This document shows positions 20,291-30,800 of a stretch of DNA of 64,000 nucleotides, piece by piece (position 1 is the stretch's first letter; each line of letters opens with the position of its first letter). Below the pieces are notes generated by a model that saw nothing but the letters and a program-made list of their open reading frames with translations, was not told the DNA's origin and made no database searches. The stretch lies in the IMG/VR virus record IMGVR_UViG_3300032007_001727. One strand, given 5' to 3'. The position numbers and the translations under genes are program-made. The stretch is from a virus (lineage: Duplodnaviria; Caudoviricetes).

Positions 20291-20914
20291 ATGGAAGCAA
20301 AACTATTTATACAATATTATACTTATGACGATGATGATAAATTCGATGCTAGCAGCGACTATTACAAGGATGGTGAATATGCCAAACTGATGAATAGCGA
20401 ATATGAGAAGAGCAAAGATGTAGTCTTTGAATCAATGTCAAGCGGCGGAAAGGTGAGCAAACCTTCGGCGGGGTCATATTGGGAACAGTATGGAATATCT
20501 GCACCAAGCCAAAATGATGATAAAAATATACGCTATTCTAGTACGAACTGCATTCTCTATAATGAAAACGGCGAGGAAGAGAGTGTTGACGGCATCATAG
20601 ACCATTATGTTGACCAAAAACCGTTTATCGAAATGGTTGAAATCGATTGTGACAGCAGTGAGGATGAATTCATATCTGAATTTTCAATGTGGCTGAAAGA
20701 ACATAAGAAAATATCGGAATTCATGGAGAAAAACCGTGTGGGTGACGATGTTGTTTGGAAATATGAGCCTAAGCGTGACTTGAAACTTAGTTTCATCAAC
20801 AAGGCAAATGAAGAGGTATATGCTGCCCTAAGTGATTGCAGGGTTATGGATATTATTGACGATAAGACACTTATTGTTTTTATTGGCAAACTAACGTTAG
20901 TGGATAAAATATAA
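20291..20914 (+). CDS. Hypothetical protein
   Basis: ATG at 20291 just after the upstream stop codon. Confidence 0.7.
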   Translation: MEAKLFIQYYTYDDDDKFDASSDYYKDGEYAKLMNSEYEKSKDVVFESMSSGGKVSKPSAGSYWEQYGISAPSQNDDKNIRYSSTNCILYNENGEEESVDGIIDHYVDQKPFIEMVEIDCDSSEDEFISEFSMWLKEHKKISEFMEKNRVGDDVVWKYEPKRDLKLSFINKANEEVYAALSDCRVMDIIDDKTLIVFIGKLTLVDKI

Positions 20915-20922
20915 AAATTTTT

Positions 20923-22209
20923 ATGGCAAAGAAAGTATTGACAGAAGAGCAAGAGAATGAGATAAAGATGCTCTTGGAAAATAACAAGATGTTGGAAAAG
21001 ACAAAAAAAGAGGCAGAAGAAAGGGGGAATACAAAGTCTGTGAAGCAGATAGAGAGGGCGCAGCAAGAGGTAATCGAGCACATAAACAGTATAGACCCTA
21101 TGGCATTGACATCCGCCTCAAATAAAAAGAACAATGTGCAGCAAAACTTGTTCAATGACTCCGATATGTCTATTTTCGATATTCTTGAAGAGAATAATAA
21201 AGTAAGGAATGAAGAAGCAGTAAAGGTTGACGAAGTAAAGGCTGAGGAGGATTTGATTGAGGAGATAACGCCGAGTGAGACAACAATTTCAACCGATTCG
21301 ACGTTTAATAATGTTGAACAGACGCTTCAGTATGACGTAATTCAGTTGCCTAGCAACGGACAATGCTATAAAAGTAAGGTTGATAGGGTTCCGGTCGCAT
21401 ATCTGACGGCATATGACGAAAATATTATTACGTCCCCCAATCTGTACAAGGACGGACTTGTAATCGATTATTTGCTGAAGAATAAGGTTGTTAACAGTCA
21501 GATTAAGGTAGATGACTTGGTCAGCGGCGATGCCGACGCGATTATTCTCTTCTTGAGGGCGACGAGTTATGGCCCGGAATTCCCGATTGTCGTTAATGAC
21601 CCCGATACCGGTGAGCAGATTGAGACCACGGTTGACTTGTCAACGCTTAAGCCAAGGGACTTTAAGTTGGTTGGTGATGAAAACGGGCATTTTGAGTATG
21701 TCACTCCGATTAAGAAGGATGTGATTAAGTTCAGATACCTCACTAGAAAACAAGAGAGGCAACTTAAGAAGGTGACGGAACTTGAGGGGTGCGGAACAAA
21801 GGCCATGATGCTTCAGAATGAGATTGAGACCATTAGGGCCGCAATGATGAACGACAAATACATTTCAGAGAATGACAAGAAGACATTGAGGGCTGCTATG
21901 GCGGCAATGTCCAAGTGGTCCACAAAACTAAAAGAGGTGAATAATTCTGAGTTTATCAAGGTAATGACCAATAACATGCAACTTCAAATTGTTGCCGTTA
22001 ACGGCAATTACGACAGAGAATTTATTAGGAGGTACATTAACCAAATGCCCGCAAGGGATTCGTTGATGCTGAGAAAATATATAAACGATAACAGACCCGG
22101 AATTAATTTTGACATTAAGGTTGAAAGGCCGGAGAGTCTTGGAGGTGGCTCCTTCGAAACCTTTCTTAACTGGGACGATTCTGTTTTCCTTAATATCGCC
22201 GACGTATGA
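20923..22209 (+). CDS. Baseplate hub assembly / tail assembly chaperone (T4 gp26-like domain)
   Basis: LPSNGQCY, YLTAYDENIITSPNL, LVSGDADAIILFLRATSYG, MPARDSLMLRKYI..N.PG; located upstream of the tape measure gene. Confidence 0.75.
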   Translation: MAKKVLTEEQENEIKMLLENNKMLEKTKKEAEERGNTKSVKQIERAQQEVIEHINSIDPMALTSASNKKNNVQQNLFNDSDMSIFDILEENNKVRNEEAVKVDEVKAEEDLIEEITPSETTISTDSTFNNVEQTLQYDVIQLPSNGQCYKSKVDRVPVAYLTAYDENIITSPNLYKDGLVIDYLLKNKVVNSQIKVDDLVSGDADAIILFLRATSYGPEFPIVVNDPDTGEQIETTVDLSTLKPRDFKLVGDENGHFEYVTPIKKDVIKFRYLTRKQERQLKKVTELEGCGTKAMMLQNEIETIRAAMMNDKYISENDKKTLRAAMAAMSKWSTKLKEVNNSEFIKVMTNNMQLQIVAVNGNYDREFIRRYINQMPARDSLMLRKYINDNRPGINFDIKVERPESLGGGSFETFLNWDDSVFLNIADV

Positions 22210-22423
22210 GAAATACCTTAAGGATGAGTTGTTCGCATGCAATCAATTTTTAAAGATACCATTCGATGTTTTGGACAAAATGCCGATAATGGACCGGAAA
22301 TACTACATCAATAAGTATATTGAGTACATGGAACAGAAAAATTCGGCAATGGAAGGCAGCGGGACCAAGACTTCAACTGATGACATAACTTCATTTACGG
22401 ACATGAGCCAAGGTTTGGCCTAA
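22181..22423 (+). CDS. Probable frameshift-extension ORF of the tail chaperone
   Basis: Lies in the +1 frame overlapping the 22209 stop; no good start before YEKYLKDELF...MPIMDRKYYI. Confidence 0.55.
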   Translation: MFSLISPTYEKYLKDELFACNQFLKIPFDVLDKMPIMDRKYYINKYIEYMEQKNSAMEGSGTKTSTDDITSFTDMSQGLA

Positions 22424-22480
22424 ATTCTTTAAATATTTCATAGTTTCGATGGTGATAGATTAATTATCTGTCACCATTTT

Positions 22481-23047
22481 CTATGGGTTAGCGTTTGCCA
22501 TACTATTGTATGTTTGCCTTAGGCTGTCTAGAGTTTGGAACACCGGCCTAATGGTATTGTTGGTTATTCCGTCAATATTATACTTTCTGTTCTTTGAGTT
22601 GTATTCCCTTTCCCATGTTTGAAGCCTTTTCATACATTCCGATAGTTTTATGGACTGTATTGTGTTTGGGTCATATTTTGGCTTGAATTTGGTGCCGCTA
22701 TTGCCGCCTAACTGCCTTTGTGTCCACCTATAACCACTTCTAACATCATTGGCAAAATTTCCACCCATTGCGGATGGTATTTCCAAACCAAAGTCACGTA
22801 GGCTTATCTCATTTATATTGTTTGCCTTGACACATCTGTTAATGGCGTGGATGGTTTGTGCAACAAATATGTTGAACTCATTGAAAAACTTGTTTAAATA
22901 CTTATCCAATTTCGTGGGGTCAATTGAGGTATTCATTCTATTTATCAATGTATTCAAGTTCACACCAAATTGTTCTAGAGAACTAATGTTCTCATCCAAT
23001 ATCATCATTTTATGTATTTCTTCTCTTAATATTTCTCTGATTGTCAT
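22481..23047 (-). CDS. Hypothetical protein, possible head-internal protein
   Basis: MTIREILREEIHKMMILDE leader; upstream GATATTTATA motif. Confidence 0.65.
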   Translation of the reverse strand: MTIREILREEIHKMMILDENISSLEQFGVNLNTLINRMNTSIDPTKLDKYLNKFFNEFNIFVAQTIHAINRCVKANNINEISLRDFGLEIPSAMGGNFANDVRSGYRWTQRQLGGNSGTKFKPKYDPNTIQSIKLSECMKRLQTWEREYNSKNRKYNIDGITNNTIRPVFQTLDSLRQTYNSMANANP

Positions 23048-23156
23048 TTTAAAAACGTATTTTCTCTATAAATATCACCTCCAATAAAAATGAGCAACCA
23101 AAAATTGATTGCTCATTTCATTTGAGGGTGTTGAGCGTTCATAGTTATTTTTGTAC

Positions 23157-24496
23157 GAGGAAACCCACCAATCTTCAGTTGGTGGGAGGAATCGCACATT
23201 TTTATACCTTTTTTTTCTTATTATTAGTAATTTTTTAACTTTTGATACTATTTATATATATAAATACCTTCACTAAGGGAAACTATGGTAATAAAGACCT
23301 ACAACATAAGGATTAATGGTGAACAAGGGTTCACGGCGTTTTGGCTCACGCTTCTGCGTGAGACAAGGGACGCATATAACCTCTGTTCCGACACCATCAT
23401 CACCGAAAAGGTGAAAATAGGTCTGACAGCCATTCACAACGCTTGTTATGACAAACTGAGAAGCAGTTTCCCTTCGCTCCCTTCACAAGCCATCATACGA
23501 GTGCAGAAAGAAGTGTTGCAAGCGTTTAAGTCAAAAAAGACAAACAAGCACAAAGGCTCTGCGCCGCACAAAACTTCACTGTCTCTCACTCTCGACAAGA
23601 GGCTTTACTCGAATTTCACCGCTGAAGGTATATCACTTACAAGCGGAAAGTCAAACTGCCGTGAACGGTTCACGTTCAAACCGTACCAAAAAATCGCAGA
23701 AATGTTTGCAACGTCAGTTGCAAAAGACCCGACGATTTTCTACAAGGACGAGTCCTTGTGGCTCTCCATACCGTTCGAGGTACAAGGGATAATGGTTCAG
23801 AATGACCGCTCCATAGGTGTAGACCTCGGCATGAAGAGGTTCTTCGTTACCTCTGAAGGCAAGTACTTCCAAGACAAGGAGTACCTTATGCAAAGGAGGA
23901 AACTGCGTTACCTCAAGAGGTGCTTGCAGAGCAAGAACACCAAGGGCGCAAAGTCCCACCTAAGTCGGATTTCGAGAAAGGAGCACAACATTTCAAAGAA
24001 CGAGTGTTACAAGGCGGTCAACGCCTTGTTGCAGTCCACGGACTGCGGTTACATCGTTATGGAAGACCTATCCAAGATAAAGGTTAAGACCTCCAAGAGC
24101 AAGGACGGTTTCAAGCGCAAGAGGCACAACAATGCATTATCGCAAGTACCGTTCTATACATTCAAGTACATACTGACATACAAGGCAACGCTTGCAGGCA
24201 AGCAAGTGGTATCAGTTTCTCCGGTCAACACAAGTCAGAATGACTGCCGCAGTGGTAGCAAGAACGGCACCCGCAAGGGGTGCAGATATTACACCAACGA
24301 TGGCTTTGTCTTCGACGCTGACTGGAATGCGTCAGTTAACATTGCACTTCGTGCAGAACACCCAACCTCGACACCTCTTCCGATTGACGGAAGACTTGTT
24401 GCCTTGGTTGGCAGGGCACCGTCAACTGCCCAAACGCTCAAAACACGCTAAAGGTTTTCTGCAAGCCCACGAATCTTTAGTTCGTGGGTAGTTGAC
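23157..24496 (+). mobile_element. Non-autonomous IS200/IS605 (IS1341-like) element carrying tnpB only
   Basis: Matching subterminal hairpins CCCACCAA-TCTTCAG-TTGGTGGG (23164-23186) and CCCACGAA-TCTTTAG-TTCGTGGG (24466-24488); right end GTAGTTGAC; left boundary approximate. Confidence 0.85.
23285..24451 (+). CDS. tnpB: TnpB RNA-guided nuclease
   Basis: RuvC-I IGVDLG, RuvC-II IVMEDL, RuvC-III DADWNASVNI; degenerate Zn finger. Confidence 0.9.
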   Translation: MVIKTYNIRINGEQGFTAFWLTLLRETRDAYNLCSDTIITEKVKIGLTAIHNACYDKLRSSFPSLPSQAIIRVQKEVLQAFKSKKTNKHKGSAPHKTSLSLTLDKRLYSNFTAEGISLTSGKSNCRERFTFKPYQKIAEMFATSVAKDPTIFYKDESLWLSIPFEVQGIMVQNDRSIGVDLGMKRFFVTSEGKYFQDKEYLMQRRKLRYLKRCLQSKNTKGAKSHLSRISRKEHNISKNECYKAVNALLQSTDCGYIVMEDLSKIKVKTSKSKDGFKRKRHNNALSQVPFYTFKYILTYKATLAGKQVVSVSPVNTSQNDCRSGSKNGTRKGCRYYTNDGFVFDADWNASVNIALRAEHPTSTPLPIDGRLVALVGRAPSTAQTLKTR

Positions 24497-24500
24497 CAAA

Positions 24501-24653
24501 CTAGTGCGAACATCTTCCGATTAAGTAAAGCGTTCCCAATATTAATACAATTCCGACTATAGACCCGACTACTCTCCAAAACAGCATGTCTAAAAATTCA
24601 CCGATGGAATTAAATTCCCAAATTATTCCACCCCATTCTTTGTAAAACTTCAT
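24501..24653 (-). CDS. 50-aa membrane protein (not in the ORF track)
   Basis: MKFYKEWGGIIWEFNSIGEFLDMLFWRVVGSIVGIVLILGTLYLIGRCSH*; good TTTG...TACTTTTG promoter upstream on the minus strand (~24680-24711). Confidence 0.6.
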   Translation of the reverse strand: MKFYKEWGGIIWEFNSIGEFLDMLFWRVVGSIVGIVLILGTLYLIGRCSH

Positions 24654-24785
24654 ATTATTATATTTTTAATATTTTTTTGCAAAAGTACCATAAATTCATT
24701 AAATGGGCAAATTTTTTGAGTTAAATATTGTTAAACGCTTTTAAAACCAAAATTTTGATATTTATATAGGAAAATTGGTTTATAT

Positions 24786-27785
24786 ATGTGGGCATTTTTA
24801 AAAAGTATAATAAGTTTGGTTGGTGGTCTCGGTAATGGGGTGCTTCAGACGGCCTTATCCATTATGAAGGAAGGGTCGCGTGCTGCTGTACAGTTCCACG
24901 AAGAAGCCATTTCATTCAGTAGAGATTTGGGTCTTGGACTCAGACAGTCTAATGCGTATACCAAGGCATTGACTGAAGATACCGCCAAGTTAGCAAGGAC
25001 ATATGGTGTTACCGCTAATGCAATTAAGGAGGTTCAGAGGAACATTGCTGATGCCACCGGTAAGCAAATCCTATTGAACACTGCACAGAGGGAACAGTTA
25101 GTCCAAGCCAATAAACTTGTTGGTGCACAGACGGCTGTTAGGTTCGAGGAAACCATGATGAATGGTTTCGGTGCACAGATAAATACTGTTTATGGTGCCA
25201 TCGCAAAGGCATATGGTACTGCGGCAAAGAGTGGTTTGGCGGCGCAGAAATTCAGTCAGAAAATAGCCGACAACCTTTCAATGGCCAACAGACTTAATTT
25301 CAGAAACGGAATTGACGGTCTTATTAGGATGACCGCAATGTCTGAGAAATTGGGTATGAATCTGCAATCTGTCGAGACTGTTGCAAACAATTTTATGGAT
25401 TTGAGCAGTGCCATAGAAAAATCAGCAAATTTGCAGATGCTTGGTGGAACCATAGGTGTATCATTCGCCAATCCGTTGGAGGCAGCATACGAGTCGTGGT
25501 ATGACCCGGAAGCGTTGGCAAGAAGACAAGAGAATGCCTTGAGGGGCATGGCAACGTTTGATGAAGCAAAGGGTATGGCCGTGATGGGTGGCATGAACCA
25601 AAATATCCTCAAGGAATATGCCAATGCGTTGGGACTCAATGCTGAAGAGGTTATCGGAAATGCCAAGAAGATGGCTGAAGTATCATACAAGGAGAATAGG
25701 TTTGCATCAGATTTAAACTATTATTCCGGCGGTAATGAAATGAAGCGCAACCTCATATTGAACCAATCTCAAATTGGTATTAACCGTATGGGGCAGCGTG
25801 AGTTGCAAATCAACGGAAAGGGTTTGGGTGAGATAAGTGAAAAGGAATGGAGGGACATTTTCGAGTTGTCCGGAAAAGATGATACCGAACTCTTGAGAGA
25901 CCAAGCGCAGCAACTTAGGAGCATAAACGAAAGTATTAGCGGTGGTCTGACAACGACAATCGCTAGTTTTGCCAAAGGTCTTCAGTTTGATAAGAATGCC
26001 GGAGACATCATTAAAAACATAGACCGGTTAAGTGATACGACGAAAGATGTTGCTGAGAACTTGGGCATTGCCGTTGGCGACTTACTTAACAGATTCTTTG
26101 CTACCATTGAATCACATAAGGGGATTTTCATTGAAATTAAAAATGGCATAATAGCGTTGTCCAAGGCGACAACCAAAATTGGTGATGCCATTGATGAGGT
26201 AAAAAAGAATTCAGCGGCAATATTGGCAATATTAGCCTTATTTAAGTTTAGGCGTTCCATATTTGGCGGTGGCGGTGCAAGTGGTGGTAGCGCAGGAGCA
26301 GCCGGAGCAGGAGCCGCAGGAGCAGGAGCAGCCGGGGCAGGAGCAGCCGGTGCTGCCGCAGGAGCAGGAGCAAATGCTGTAAATGGTAATCGTACACCGG
26401 GACGGTGGGAGTTAACAGTAGGTCCAAATAAAGGTAAATATACTAAGACTGTCAACGGAGAATGGTTAGACAGTGGTGGCAATGTAGTAACAGACCCGAA
26501 AACACTAAACCAACTAGAAAATCAAACTAGAGCAATTAAGGCCGGTTCGGTTAAAAAAGGTGGTACAGGTGCTGCCGGGAGCACAACCGGAAGTACCGCA
26601 GCAAATACCGTCGCAAAACCATCAGTTCTAAAAAATAGTCTTAAGACCGGTGCAAAAGTTGGTGCTAAAGCGGGTGCCGTTGCTGCTGTCATAGAGACCG
26701 GATTTGCCGGATATGAGACTTGGGCCAATAATAAGGAATATAAGGATAAAAAAGAAAAGATACTCAATGATAAGGAGTTGACCCTAAATGAGAAGGCACA
26801 AAAATTATCTGAAGAGAAACTAGAAAAGCAAAAGGGTAACAGAGGCGCTTGGGGTAATGCTGCCGGTGCTACTGCCGGTGTCACTATAGGTACTGCTGTG
26901 GCAGCGGGTATTGCGGGTGCTATAAAGGGTGCTACAGCCGGTGCTACTGCCGGTTCAGTCGTACCCGGTGCCGGTAATGTTGCCGGTGGTATTGTCGGTG
27001 CTATAGGTGGGCTTGTGGTAGGTTCACTAGGGGCATGGCTCTTAGGTAATGCCGGTCGTAGTATAGGTGAGAGTATGGCAAGTGAAAATAGTGCCAAAGT
27101 CTCACAAGATGAAGTCAAGAGAATGATTGAGGAGAACAATAGGAAGCAGTTGCAGTCGGCGGAACCACATGCACACAGTGGTATTGTCGGCGGAACTTCT
27201 TATTCCGGAGACAAAGTCCTAACTAGACTAAACAGCAGGGAATTGACTTTGAGTATGGATGACCAAGTATCACTTTTCAATTTCATTAAGAATCTTCCTA
27301 CTTTGTTGAGGAAAGTGGGTGCCGGTGATAACGTTACATACTATAATGCCTATGATTCTAGCAATAGGTCATTCCATAATATACAGAGCACAAAATATCT
27401 CACGGACAGAATATTGTCAACAATGTATAATAGTCCGTCGAATGTGATTGCGTCTGCATTGGAACCAAAAAACATAATTCCGACACCGTTTGGCGGTAAT
27501 AGTTTCAGACCAATACCAAATGGAAGTACCGTAGAAAGATACAACGAGGTCAAGGAAGTGTCTGTAAAGGACATTAATCTGAACGTCAACGGTACGATTA
27601 GGCTAGATTCCGGTATCATGTCCAAGAGCATAAACATTAACGAATTATTAAGTGATACATCATTTATGTCATCTTTGAAGGAGATTATTAAGAATTCAAT
27701 AAACAATGATATGAACGGCGGAAGGTTCATGAATGATAATGCAACATTAAGAGGTGGCTTGACTACCGCGACTTATTGGGGTTAA
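24786..27785 (+). CDS. Tape measure protein
   Basis: 999 aa, helical Ala/Gly-rich with hydrophobic Gly-zipper segments; lies between the chaperone and baseplate genes. Confidence 0.8.
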   Translation: MWAFLKSIISLVGGLGNGVLQTALSIMKEGSRAAVQFHEEAISFSRDLGLGLRQSNAYTKALTEDTAKLARTYGVTANAIKEVQRNIADATGKQILLNTAQREQLVQANKLVGAQTAVRFEETMMNGFGAQINTVYGAIAKAYGTAAKSGLAAQKFSQKIADNLSMANRLNFRNGIDGLIRMTAMSEKLGMNLQSVETVANNFMDLSSAIEKSANLQMLGGTIGVSFANPLEAAYESWYDPEALARRQENALRGMATFDEAKGMAVMGGMNQNILKEYANALGLNAEEVIGNAKKMAEVSYKENRFASDLNYYSGGNEMKRNLILNQSQIGINRMGQRELQINGKGLGEISEKEWRDIFELSGKDDTELLRDQAQQLRSINESISGGLTTTIASFAKGLQFDKNAGDIIKNIDRLSDTTKDVAENLGIAVGDLLNRFFATIESHKGIFIEIKNGIIALSKATTKIGDAIDEVKKNSAAILAILALFKFRRSIFGGGGASGGSAGAAGAGAAGAGAAGAGAAGAAAGAGANAVNGNRTPGRWELTVGPNKGKYTKTVNGEWLDSGGNVVTDPKTLNQLENQTRAIKAGSVKKGGTGAAGSTTGSTAANTVAKPSVLKNSLKTGAKVGAKAGAVAAVIETGFAGYETWANNKEYKDKKEKILNDKELTLNEKAQKLSEEKLEKQKGNRGAWGNAAGATAGVTIGTAVAAGIAGAIKGATAGATAGSVVPGAGNVAGGIVGAIGGLVVGSLGAWLLGNAGRSIGESMASENSAKVSQDEVKRMIEENNRKQLQSAEPHAHSGIVGGTSYSGDKVLTRLNSRELTLSMDDQVSLFNFIKNLPTLLRKVGAGDNVTYYNAYDSSNRSFHNIQSTKYLTDRILSTMYNSPSNVIASALEPKNIIPTPFGGNSFRPIPNGSTVERYNEVKEVSVKDINLNVNGTIRLDSGIMSKSININELLSDTSFMSSLKEIIKNSINNDMNGGRFMNDNATLRGGLTTATYWG
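26290..26376 (+). repeat. Coding tandem repeat (GAAGA)n
   Basis: GCAGGAGCAGCCGG-type 15-nt units. Confidence 0.75.
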
Positions 27786-27803
27786 ATAGAAAGAAGTTAA
27801 CAT

Positions 27804-30800
27804 ATGGCAAGTTTTATAAAAGAACTCGGTTCGACATTAAGGCAAAAGACGTTTGATACCCTATTAAATAGGGACTTTATAAGCAGAAGTATAGGGATGA
27901 ACAGTTCCTATGAAGTCATTATGCTTATTGTTCAAGCATTGGGGCATGAACCGGTCAGTCTTTTGGGCAAGGATTTCCTTTATATATATGACCACGTCAG
28001 AAGGAACCACAACATTGGGACGAATTCAATAAATAATGAATATAACTGCCCAAGATTCACATTTTATAAGGAAAGACCTTCCATTAGATTTGCGGATGTA
28101 TATAATGACCCGCTTAACCTCTTGGACAAGTGGATGCCGGATATTATCATAAATGATACAAGTGGTAAGAATGAACTGATATCATATGCTGAATCAGACG
28201 ATGATTTAGTAAATAACAGAGAGGTTAGGAAAGCGGGTAATGATATTGATACCGGTAATCCGGGTACAAGTTATGGTGCTGTTTCTAGTTTTGAGTATAA
28301 AATTGACAATTCTTGTGATTTACTTAAAAAAACTAATGATAACTTTAGGAATGGTAAATATAGAACCTTGATTGCAAGGTTCCATACAAATTCGCAAGAC
28401 AGTAAGGAATATTCCGAAACGCAGAGTGCAATATCAAAATATGGTATGTCACACGGAAGAAACTTATTAAAGGGTAGTACTGATTATAAATTCGGTTATG
28501 ATAATCCGTATTGCCGTGTTTGGACTTATTTTCACCAATACAACCAAATGGGAAGAGCAATCAGACCATTTGATGATGACAATGAAACCGGAAAATACGG
28601 ATATAAGGGGATTGCTAGTTTTCGTGCCGAAAAAGATGAAAAGTTCAATAACGGCCAAGAAGGATTGGGTGAGTATGGTGTCTTAAATTATCGTAGTGGA
28701 TTGGTGAATATTGCCCCAAGCAATGAAGACAAGGTTGACATTAAAAAATGTATGTTTTCCATTGAAAACCTTGCTTGGAGGAATAAGAGCACGGCATTTG
28801 ACACATATGACGAAAACGGGCTTTCAAAAGAGCAGAAGGGTCCGTTTGGCGGAAGAATTATGTGGTTTCCGCCTTATGATTTGTCCTTTAGCGAAGACGT
28901 TAGAGTTAATTGGAATTCAAATCAATTCATAGGAAGAGGTGAGAAAATATACACATATACTGACACGGAGAGGAGCGGAAACTTGTCTTTCACCATGCTG
29001 ATAGACCATCCTTCAATGATAGACTATTGGGAAAAGAGGGACAGCGGTGCAAATGATAAAAAGTCAAGCGGCACTGATGAATTCGTAATTGACCGTGACG
29101 AAGACCAATTGTTACGGTTCTTTGCCGGATGTGATGTCCTTAACGTTAAGCCACAGAGATACAGTAACCCAAAACAAGTCGTGGTTAAAAAAGAAACCGA
29201 CGTTGCAACAAATAGTACTGTCGATGAAGGGGATAATGGTGGAAAGAAAACTATTCAGTGTGTTCTCTATTATCCAAATAACTACAGTGGTATTGACGAT
29301 GTAATTAACGGCCCAGTGGACCCAATACTCTATCTTATGAACGGTGTCGGTGCACAGAAATATATTGACGTAAGTGATGAAGATAAAATACATAAGGAAA
29401 TTGATATTGAGACCACCATTAAGGCGAGACCAACAGTAAACGGCAATTCTTGTGGCGGTTATGAGGTCATGGAAAGTGAGAGCAGCGGAATTTCAATTGT
29501 TAATGCTGTTTTGGAGAAGAATTACGAAGTATTTCAATCTACATATGCCGTTAAAACCGGTAAAACTGACTTGTGCGGCCACTATTTAACATCATCAAAT
29601 GGTGCTAGTGCGGTTGAAGTTAGTTATGGCAATGATAGTTATATATTGGCAAAACAATTATATAGGAATAAAGAAGGATATGCCATTTTTAGGGACGGGA
29701 CTCATCAGATAATACCGACTTCAAAAAGTGATTTGACAAAATACTACTATAATAATTGGTATTATCGCGTAGATAAGGAATATGAAAAACAAGTATTGAC
29801 CCATGATGATAGTTATTTGGATGTAAACAGTAAAGGGTTAAATAGTAAACATGGTTATAAAAAATTAATAAATGATGCTGAAACCGCGAAGGCGTTTGGA
29901 TTTGATAAAGATACAACAACACTGATTAGTTTCGTTGACTTGTTTATAGCATTAGGGGACGAAACAGCAAAAAACTTATTAGGTGATTATTCCGAACCTA
30001 GCAATGTTGACCGAGTAAAAGCAATAATGGGTGTGGGCAGTTCATCAAAATATAAGATAACATCTATTAATTTTGAAGGTCATGCGTCATTACAAGGCTA
30101 TAATAAGACTACCGGGGAGGAAATCTATAATGAGAAATTGGCTGAAAATAGGGCAGAAACCTTAAAAAGGTGGTTAAAGACACATTTTAAGAATGATGCC
30201 GTCATAAATGGTACAGTCAAATCAAAGAAACAAGAATCAAATGGTCAAAACCATATTAATATTGGCGGAAACAGTGAATTAAGTACCAAACTATGGAGAA
30301 GTGCCTCCGTCATAATTGAATATGAAGAGATTGGTATTTCGGATGCATCTGTAATGAAGGATTCTACTGATGATTCTTATTCGATAAGCATACCAAACAA
30401 GGAGTCTAGTCCACAAGAAAGTATTGTGATGATACAAGATAACGGTTCTAACGGTGGAATACCAAACAGAACCCTAAACACCATCATCAATACAACACAG
30501 TCAGACGATAATACAATGAATGCGGAAGAGACTGACACAGAACCAATTGTAAAGAGATATGACAACGAGGGTGAATTCTTTAAGAAGTTAAGCAAGAATG
30601 ATGCATTCTTGCATCACTTAATAAAGGATAAGATTAAATATTTCGACCCGGCATTTCACTCAATATCTCCGGAAGGGTTCGGGGCTAGGCTGACATTCTT
30701 GCACCAATGTACTAGACAAGGCCCGACAGTTGGTAACTCAGACCAAGGTTCATTGACTGCGTACAACCTTTCGTTCGGAAGACCGCCGATATGTGTGCTC

